A stretch of 64,000 nt of DNA from an uncultured Christensenella sp. (lineage in GTDB: Bacteria; Bacillota; Clostridia; Christensenellales; UBA3700). The DNA lies in assembly GCA_949290515.1 (NCBI GenBank), contig CASERZ010000003.1, positions 2,961-66,960 of the forward strand, read 5' to 3'. This document shows positions 47,501 to 55,900 of the stretch, piece by piece. The number at the start of each line of letters is the position of its first letter. The stretch's first letter is position 1. The translations under genes and the position numbers were made by a program. The notes beneath the pieces are model-generated. The model ran no database searches. It was not told where the DNA came from and worked only from the letters and a program-made list of their open reading frames with translations.

Positions 47501-49932
47501 TTTCCGTTTTCGGTTACGGTAAACGTAACGATAACCTTTTCTTTCTGCCAGCTGTTGAGTATAGCTTCGGTTACTTCGGTACGTACACCTTCGGCATTTT
47601 CCGTAAAGTATCTTACGTCATAGATTTCGGGAGCCTCGTTGTCGATTTTAACCGTCTTGGACGAGCTGACCGCAACTACTACGTAATCTTCCAAAATTTC
47701 GTCGTACTTGTACGCGTAGAAGGTGTACTGCATACCGTTTTTACCGGTACCCTGTCTTGTAATAAACGTCGCAGAGTTGTCGGTATCGGGAACGTTGATT
47801 TGCTCTGACGCGAATACACCGTTTTGTTGATATCTCATCATATCGAAGTCATCGGCTCTGTCCATCTTAAGAGTAAATTTGAATTCTTTCTCCCAGCCTG
47901 TGGACGACGTAGTATTTGCTTCGTCGTATGAGAATACGCCCTGCGTAATCGTAAAGGTATAGTCGGTCTTTGACTGCCAAGCTATCATTCTGTCCGTTTC
48001 GCTGAAGTAGCCGTAGGTATTGGTACCCAGCTTTACAGCCGTACGCATCGAATACGTGCCGGGCATATAAGATTGCTTTATATCGGTAGCATAACCGTCT
48101 CTGTATACTTCCCAGGTGTAATCCTCGGTAGGTTGCTTGTCTCCGCCTACGAAGTTAGCCGTAGGAAGGGAGAGCGCGCCGCCGACACCTTCGTAACCCT
48201 TGGTGTTTTTACCGTTAACGTAGTTGCCGTTGTCGGTATAAGTGATATTGCCCATAGTACCGAATGTGTAATTGAACTTACCGTAGTCGGTAGATTTGAG
48301 CATATAGATTTCTGCATATATGGGCTTATCGACGTCCATATTGATATGGTTGGTCAAAGAGCCGTTTTTATCGAATACTCCCGACCAGATAATCTTACCC
48401 GTCGAGCCTTCAGGCATAAAATACTTATGATAAGCAGTACCCGTGGTGGACATATCGAAGTCGCTGATAGCTTCCTTTTCGTCATCGTGTCCGTCAGCCA
48501 CAGCCTCGATTCTTATATCGTAGAGTACGGTAGAGTTATCGTATCTTACGCTCATCGAGCCGCCCGTGGAAGAAGGATAAATCTCCGTCCAGTTGTCGAT
48601 TTTCTGAGCACTGTCAAGAGTGGTGTACTCTGTACCGCCGTTTTCCTTAGTCAAAAGGTTAAGGTTGTAAAGTACCGCGCAAGACTGCACGTTTTTACCT
48701 ACAAAGTCAAAGAGCAAACCTTTTACTGATTTGTATGTTTTGCCCCAGTTGTCTTCTCTGGTACCCGTCCAGGAGGAGATAATACCCTTTATCTGTCCTT
48801 CGTTTACTTCAGTGGAATCAAATGTAACGTCGCCGTTGATATTTCCGCTGGTAGCGATTGCACCGCCTGCAAAAGACATTTTATCAACGTCTCCGTGCGA
48901 AGTGTTGGAGCAAGCGTATATACGTCCGCCGCCCGTCAAGGCACAGTATTCTACTTTCGCGCTTCCGCTCTGCAACTTACCTATCATACCGCCCGCTGCA
49001 GAACCTGAATTCCAGTGGTCGGTAGGCCAAAATGCAGCTTCACCTTCGACAAAGACTTCTATACCGCCGTCGGTAGAAATATTGACTTGAGAATTAGACA
49101 ATATGCCTGCTGTCATAGCACCTGCTATACCGCCTACGTAACCCGTATTCTGGTAAAGTTTTCTGTCGCCGCCCGGCTTCATATAAAAGTTGAATATGCC
49201 GTTGACGTTGAGACGTATATTGTCGATGGTTCCTTTGTTAAGACCCGTTACGATACCTGCCGAAGCTACTACGCCCGAATCCTGAGGAACGTAAAGCGCG
49301 TTAGGATTGGAAGCCGACTGCGTGATAATATGGTTGGATGAGAAGTCAATCGTCAAGTTTTTGATAGTACCTTGGTTGACTGCGCAAAGATAACCCGTGT
49401 ACCAGTGAGTACCGCCGTTGTCGCCCGTATTGTCTCCGGGATTAGCAAACGAACCGTTACCCGAACCCGCCTCGATAGAAACCTTGTAGCCGTTACCGTC
49501 GAGATATTTGGTAAATACCGAATTAGAGCTGTGTACGCTCACGGTACTGTAACCGGACTTGTTTATGCCCGAGAATGCAATGGCTACGTCGTTGGCAAGA
49601 TATGCGTATTGATACGAACTGTAAGAACCCGAGTTGTTCAGATAATCGTACAGCATCTGACCGTTAGTAATGGTCAAAAGACTGTTGACGTCCGAAAGTC
49701 CTAACTGCGCTGCCAACTGACTCTTGGTATAGTGTCCGTCAACCGCAGCGTCGTCCGTTATCTGTCCGTTGGTACCGTTGTAGCTTGCATACATTAGCGT
49801 CTCTTCCGTTGCCGCGGAAACAACGCTCATCTGCTCTGCACCCAGTGCCGAGGACATTGCTACCGCGAGTACTGCTATGAGCAGTACCGCGATAACGCTG
49901 ATTGAGATTTTAGTAAATGTCTTATTATTCAT
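44530..49932 (-). CDS. giant cell-envelope protein 2 (1800 aa): signal peptide, GLUG-motif region, Ig-like/MBG repeats, C-terminal TM anchor
   Basis: N-terminus MNNKTFTKISISVIAVLLIAVLAVAMSSALG. GLUG-like GGIAGAMTAGILSNS and AGGMIGKLQSG. Many YDG/YNG beta-repeat units. C-terminus GWIVIGVVGALMIAAIITSIVTVKKRKQRGTV (no LPXTG). RBS GGGGGA. Lies 18 nt after the upstream stop. Confidence 0.85.
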   Translation of the reverse strand: MNNKTFTKISISVIAVLLIAVLAVAMSSALGAEQMSVVSAATEETLMYASYNGTNGQITDDAAVDGHYTKSQLAAQLGLSDVNSLLTITNGQMLYDYLNNSGSYSSYQYAYLANDVAIAFSGINKSGYSTVSVHSSNSVFTKYLDGNGYKVSIEAGSGNGSFANPGDNTGDNGGTHWYTGYLCAVNQGTIKNLTIDFSSNHIITQSASNPNALYVPQDSGVVASAGIVTGLNKGTIDNIRLNVNGIFNFYMKPGGDRKLYQNTGYVGGIAGAMTAGILSNSQVNISTDGGIEVFVEGEAAFWPTDHWNSGSAAGGMIGKLQSGSAKVEYCALTGGGRIYACSNTSHGDVDKMSFAGGAIATSGNINGDVTFDSTEVNEGQIKGIISSWTGTREDNWGKTYKSVKGLLFDFVGKNVQSCAVLYNLNLLTKENGGTEYTTLDSAQKIDNWTEIYPSSTGGSMSVRYDNSTVLYDIRIEAVADGHDDEKEAISDFDMSTTGTAYHKYFMPEGSTGKIIWSGVFDKNGSLTNHINMDVDKPIYAEIYMLKSTDYGKFNYTFGTMGNITYTDNGNYVNGKNTKGYEGVGGALSLPTANFVGGDKQPTEDYTWEVYRDGYATDIKQSYMPGTYSMRTAVKLGTNTYGYFSETDRMIAWQSKTDYTFTITQGVFSYDEANTTSSTGWEKEFKFTLKMDRADDFDMMRYQQNGVFASEQINVPDTDNSATFITRQGTGKNGMQYTFYAYKYDEILEDYVVVAVSSSKTVKIDNEAPEIYDVRYFTENAEGVRTEVTEAILNSWQKEKVIVTFTVTENGKSGLQTVASDNNTYISNEIVDEKNMYNVTLTLTDDKAHSLTYTDVVGNSTTFEMKALVDLNAGSLDVSVSGYSLYYGTYDQDGFNLMNRAEVGNSGWTLYVSDSVDGDGNPVWKEMGEVVNGDFINKVDWNIGDYNTYSPADFRVKMVNNEGLYEDVYANGTADGLVGQFCVYMKMADFYIDISLDAIVDKAGNSLKDLLAGDPDYFNKVYDSTQAYKGPELEIDLTRSGYVMVNTDAYNATVVNPDFSTIKLVLEYERASIGSTNIRMWAVLEGDNDYKFDVWFADLSGDYQNNAEAINKVAAAITKLSVTVNLADYLNAQYFYGDDIPTYVDANITADEVARIDLITNAKKGAGVGTYAVEGKIHTANDSIDVTINNTSIQIVALPVFVDLRYDGSTNIPTKIQFDGLTHAITATYKDAITGEPKNATVDYTFVEDNKVMSGFTKIGKFNYKISTGDANYVVDGMDTFEMTVTKGFVNIEMKVVNVDYTGNNNTYDLGLTEEQKKYFAEGDITINYYKYNDGAYYDSVKKEMVGSYDLNPTTNTSQRGYYKVEVVVRENDYFLGQTYGKDAGELGLIIVNIAKTEITGESVVFNYDDQKHTYDVVKGKIEVKATADEKVLWDSSMPTEGAIVIKYYDDATNSYVEVDKSEDKLGGWFMDVDSYSFRVEYVGTENYASCSIDVTMVIDKAVFQNVTFAGVSGVYNAEVYKVTEVIPDEYRNSSTISYYYNGRAYNSLEDIYALGACVNVGNYRITLRMSKDNYVPLNIEATVSITNAKLNITANALVATYDGTAHYLTFNGLEFRDGNYYYMDHGKEVNALISGTVSATDAGVYGGNITIFVNNYEAFDLQTYIEIYPMALTADSANITLPNKLPSGVSVSKYYGTYTIDGVEKTGDLLYYTKSAETGNLTLVKPDANGVLPDGVYTVYIEVDNNHYLQNTWELKVGQINESNIGLVGWIVIGVVGALMIAAIITSIVTVKKRKQRGTV

Positions 49933-49950
49933 AATTCGCTAATCCCCCTG

Positions 49951-52900
49951 TCAACCTTGCGCTCCGCTGTCGGAAGCGGTGTTGATTTGCTGTTTTACTA
50001 CGTGCATCTTAAGCGTGGTTTCGATTGCTATATCGCCGCTGAATACGGTAACCTTTACGCTCATTGCCGCGTTGAAGATTTCTTCTTCAGTAGAAAGCAC
50101 GTTGCCGGCATTGTCTTTGTAAATTATGTTGTTTCCGTCGGAAACTATCAACAAAGTGTATGCATCGTCCGCAGTGTAAGCAAGATTCGAGATGTCAATG
50201 GTACATTCGTAGTTGCCGTTTGTGCCGTCGGTGAAGTAAACGTTGAGATTCTTGACAATCTTCTTCGTCTGCTTCTCGTTCTCGGTAAGGCTGGTACCGC
50301 CCCAAGTAACTACCTGATAGGTATTTACGCCGCCGACAGAGCTGATATCTTCAGCCGTCTTAGCCTTGACGTTTGCGCTGACTCTGAATACCTTCTGACT
50401 TGCGCCCGTACCTGCTATAGCTTTTACGTTATATACGTCGCTTACGGCATAGTTGATTTCGCTCAAATCCCAGGTTACGGGAGTGGTGTAGTTGATTCTT
50501 ACCTCTGTAGAAGTAATGAGTGACTTGTTGTTTGCTACGAAGTCTGCTGCTTCCTTCCACTCCTTGGTAGTGAATACGAAGTCTTTGACTTCTCCGTCTA
50601 CCTCCTGCGAGTAGTTGATGATGTAACTGAAGTAGTAGCTGTAGTCGGAAGTTGCCGCAATGGTGCCCATATTGACGTTTCCGTTTACGGTTACGCTATC
50701 GAGATTAATCGTACCTACCTTCTGATAGAGCAGCAACGTGTCGGTAAATACGCTGTATACTCTGTTGCCGTTTTCGTCATAAGTAAACGTGTAGGAATCT
50801 ACGTCTACGCTCTTGAGGTCGGTTACGAGAGCCGAACGGTCGAGTATCTCTACGTTGACGTCGTAACGGTACGTGTCGGTAATTACCGCGGTTGCGGTCA
50901 TTCCCTTCTGACCTGCCATAGGAACGTAGCCTGCATCCTGATAATCCCATATCCATTCGTGTACGGGAAGTTCTGTCGTCTTGCCCGTATCGTAAACAAC
51001 GGTTACGGTCTCAGGGAATACGCTCTCGCCGTAGTAGTTGACGCGTACGGGGTCGATATAATACGTTCCGCCTGCGTATGCACTACCTGCAAGATTTATG
51101 CCTACGGGATTGAGGTCTTCTACTCTGACGTTTACTGTAATCGTCTGTTCGAAGTCGCCTATTACGCCCGCGAGCTTGCCTTCGTAGTCCATACCGATAC
51201 GAACCTTGAGCTGTGCAAACTGGTTAGCGTACTTGACCTCGAAGTCTTCCGTGCCAATCCACTCGATAGGCATATAGTATACCTTGCCGTTGGTGAATTG
51301 TACGTATGCGTGGTCAGGATAATTTGCCTTGCCGAGTTCTTTGTTGATAAAGTACTCGAAAGGATCGATATAGTACATCGACTGAGTGAGTTTCTCATCG
51401 AAGTAAACCGCCTCGATTTCGTTTCTCATTACTACTACCTGAGTATTGAAGTCCCAAGTGAACGAAGAGTTAGAATACTCTGCATTGTCGAGCGAAACTT
51501 TGATGTTCTGGCTGTTCGTGTTATTGTTATCCCAGCTGAAGTCTATTCCGCTGTAGTCGCCCCAAGTAATCTTTACGTCTTCGCTGTAAGAGTCGATGAT
51601 TTCCTGAGTACCGTCTGCCGACATATACTTGTCATAGTATTCTGCCGTAGCAACGGTGGTGAAAGGATTGTACTGTTCGTCACCCGTAATCAGGTACATA
51701 TAGTATCTGTAAGGGTCAACTCTCAGCGTGTTCTCCAAACCGTTGATTGTGAGTTTTGCAACGTTCTTGGTGTTAACCGTAAAGATGAGTTCTACTCTCT
51801 GCTCGGTAGCACCGCTTCCGATATATGCGTATGCCATAAACTGCGTGCCGCTTACGTTGGTGGAGTATACTCCGTCTTTGTCGAGCGCTCTGTTGAAGAA
51901 CTCGTCAGCACCGACAGCTACCCAGTCTCTGGATACTTCAAGACCGGTGGACAAGCCGTCTGCGTACTTGAAGAATATAGTATCGGATATATAATCGGTT
52001 ATCTTAGTAGATTTAATATTATATTGATACAAATCAATAGTAATTACGTTGCCCGTAGCGCCGTCGATATTGATTTGAGTTACAGTACTGTCAAGATATC
52101 TGAACTCTACGTTTTCGACTACCGTGCCGTTAGCGAATGCAGCCTTACCTGCTACCGTATGCTCAGTATAAGCCTGAGGAGCGTTTTCGCTGAAGGTTAC
52201 GTACTTGGTGTGAATCTTTCTGCTCGTTCCGTCATTGAGATTGATGGTTACGAAGTCAGGCAATTCGTCATATACGTGCATCGAAACAGGGTCGATACTC
52301 TTTATTCCGCCGCCGTCGTCAAGTACTGTGATTATGGTATCAATCGTACGGGTTACGTTGTTAGCGAATGCCGCCGTACCTCTTACTACGTAAGTGCCGG
52401 GAGTATTGAAGTTGAGCTGGTCTATGGTCTTGTCAACCGTAGTACCGTTTTCACTGACAATCTTGAATACTACCGCTGTCTTGTACAATTCCTGCGCCTT
52501 CTGGTAGCTAGCCTGCTTACCGCTGAAGTGTTCACGAATGATTGAAGCTACGCCTTCGGCATTGTTGGTGTACGAATAAGGGTCGTAGGTAATCTGCATA
52601 GGAATACCGTTCCACGTTACGATACCCTCAGGGAAGAGAATTCCACCGTCGTCGCCGTATACGGGTTTACCTACGCTGTCGGAAGTGTTGTACAGCTTAA
52701 TCGAAGTGAAGTAACCGTCTCTGTTGATAACGCTGTTGTTGTTGACGTTACCCTTTCTGCCGCTCTTGGAAGCCGAATATGCAACCTGTCCGTTGGTATC
52801 GTAGATATCCTGTCCCCAGTCGAATCCGTCGATACTTATGTTGGCTATCGTAGCGTCCGCAACTTCCACGTTGACGGTGAGTTCGTTGAATACCGCGAAA

Positions 52901-55900
52901 GGCAATATACCTGCTGTAATATTTCTTACCTGTCCGAGTACGCCGCCTATCAACGCATTAGTGATGAGAGGTGCTACCCAGCCGTATCCCAAAGACGATA
53001 CAAGGTCTCTAAGAATAGGAACGACCTGTTCGCTCAAAGTACCCCAGAAAGATACTCCGTCGTTTGCCTCGCCTTTAAGTTCTCTCGTCCAGTTGACGTA
53101 AGCGAGATAGTTGTCGCTGAACATATCGGGAGCCAATTCAGCAAGATTGAGAACTGTCTTGGGACCGAATACCAAGGACAACATATCGTCGAGGAGTTTG
53201 TTGATAAGATAAGGGTCAAACTCAACGGTTACTCCGAAGTTGCCGTTTGAGAGCAAGCTTGCATTGATACCGCCGCCGAGAAGTGCCACTATGTCGAGAT
53301 TAGCAAAGATTTCATCAAAAGGACTGGGCTCGGTTGCAGTTGTTTCGCCACCGCTCTGAGTGCCATCTCCGGTAGTACCTTCACCCGTAGGAGGTACTTC
53401 GCTGCCACCGTCACCGCTGCCGTCGCCGCTGCCGATACCGTCGAGTGCGTCGTCTATCTGAGCAAACAGATTGTCAAACGTACCGGAAAGCATTCCGACA
53501 AGGTCGAGGTCGAAGGACAAAGCTCCGATGGTATTACCGATATCGACTACGAGATTGATTACGCCCGAACAGATATGGAGAGTCATCTGTTGAGAAGGTT
53601 TGGTATAGTCAAGTATGACGTATATTAAAGGGGTCATCGTACCCTTATTGGAGTTTTCGTATCTCGTGCTGTCTATCTGTGCAAGAGTAATAAGGAAGCA
53701 TCCCTTAGGAACGGTTACCGTATTGGCAAGGTTAGTAAGAGTCTTACTCGTCTGGAGTTTTTCTATGATAACTCTCGTGTACATTGCCTGATTGCTTCCC
53801 TTGGTTACTTCGGTATCGCCCGTAAAGTTAGCTATATCGAGAGTGAAACCTATATTGAGGTTGTCGAGCAAAGCCTTGGTAAACGTCTCGCCGTTGCTAG
53901 CGTCCCAGTCGGGGATAGCATCGTAGTCGATATTTACTACGGGAGACTCGCCGATGGCAAGCTGCATATTGACTTGAGCGGAGATATCCTCTACTCCTAT
54001 GTCAAAGTTAAACGCGTTTCCGCCGAACAAGTCGAGGTCGGCTGCAAGGCTTATATCCATACCGAGATTCATACCCGCAAGGGTATTGATTATCTCTGCA
54101 AAGAGCGCAGCGGTAACGTTGATGGTAATCTTGGTATCTTCGAATCCTACGGCACGCAATACATATTCTATGATATCCATAGTAGTATCGTCGAGAGCCC
54201 CTTCTGCGGATTCTTCGTCCGTAGCAATTTCTACGTCAGTATTGCCGTCTTCTCCGGTACCGGGAAGGGTAGGCAAACCGCTGTCTGCAAGCAAATCGTT
54301 GATTATCTCGTTGAGGTCAAGACCTTGAATGTCGCTTACGATTCCGTCAAGTGCTCCGAACAATTTCGTAATAATGTTGGAATTTGTGATTTCAACCTGG
54401 AAGAATCCGAGACCTTCGAGGTCAATCATAAGGCTGTTACGGTAGATATATACGCCGAATATCTGCTTGCCCTCATAGGACAACGTGAGCACTACCGTGC
54501 TGTTTGCAGTATTCTTAAGGTCGAGATCCCACTGTACAACGAGTTCAACGAAAGAGTTCCAGTCGTCAAGGTCGAGAGTGATAGGCAGCTCGAGTCTGCG
54601 TCCCGCGCTCGCGAGAATATTATTGATAAGCTTGGTGAGGTTCATCTCGTTGTTGAGAGTCTGCAAATCAATCTTTGCTCTTATCGTAGCCTTACCTACG
54701 GTATCAATTATCGCTTGAACGAGGTCGGACTGATATGCCTCGAATTCGCCTATCTTCTGAGCGATATCAAACTTAGCATCGCCGATATCTCCTACTATAA
54801 TAGGATTTTCGTCATCGCCGGCAACAAAGGAGAGGGTCATACCGCTTCCGTAGTTGTATTCTTTGCGAGCATAATCTTCGGGAGCGTAATAAATCTTATT
54901 GCCCTCTTTATCTCTGCAAGGCAGTTTGTTGCCTTCGGCGTCGTAATAGTATACGGCATTGCCCTCAGCATCCTGCATAGGTATCAATTCGCCTGCAAAA
55001 TTGAATTCGAAGCCGTTCTTTCTGCCCATCTCGAAGCTAAGACTGAGTTCCATCAAGCTCAACGCCTCGGCTATAGTCTGACCGAGTTCTGTCTGAGTCT
55101 GAGAAAGAATGGAAAGTATAGCAGCAAGAGATACGGTTGCGTATATCTTGTCGCAGTTGAGACCGAATATTATAGCTTGCAACTCTTCTTCGGGCACTTC
55201 GGAAGTGCTTCCGTCGCCGGTCGAACCTGCTTCGTCTGCAAGATATGCCGTAGCTGCCGCAGAAGCGTCTGCGCTTTCTCCGGGCGTCTTGTTAAGTCCG
55301 AGAAGCTCTACGAGGTCAAAGTCAAAAGGCAAATTGCTGTCCATTCCGGCTCCCTCGAGCAGGTCACCCAAAGTCGAACCCAACAAATTGTATACCAAAT
55401 CGGTAAAGTTGAGAGAGAAGTTGAGCTTAGGCAAGGTTATACTTGCTATCTTGAAGTTGGATACATCTATGAATATTTGATTCTGATATCCGTAAATACC
55501 CAAAATTACAGTATCAGCAGGGATAATGGAAGTACCGCCGACTTTAATACCGGTGAGCGTCTTAAGTTCTACCACTATCTGACTGTTGTACGCATCTAAG
55601 CTGTCAAGCGCTATCTGAACGTTGAGCTGAGCGTCCAAAGTAAAGTTTTCGGTAAACGTCCACAGCATCTCGGTCTGAGCAAGCTGAGATACTCCGAAAC
55701 CTGCTATGAAAGGAGCAAGGTCGTATGTACCCTTATTGAAATTGAGAGTAATTCTACTGCTCATAGTAATTCCGCCGAGTATCTTGTCAAGCAAGCCTTT
55801 TCTTTCTTTATCGGAGAAGAGGGAGTCAGCATAACTCGTATTTTCGAGGTTTACTCTGTCAGCAATATATACGCTGAGATTTTCTTTTGCCGTTCCGATG

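Noticed and set aside
39029-55599. Many long plus-strand ORFs inside the giant genes (for example 39029..39967, 40004..41164, 41555..42934, 46267..46908, 50959..52545, 53974..55599).
   Set aside because: They are antisense shadows of the three giant minus-strand ORFs. Their translations are Val/Ile/Arg/Cys-rich nonsense, there are no RBSs, and the sense frames carry recognisable signal peptides, repeats and anchors.
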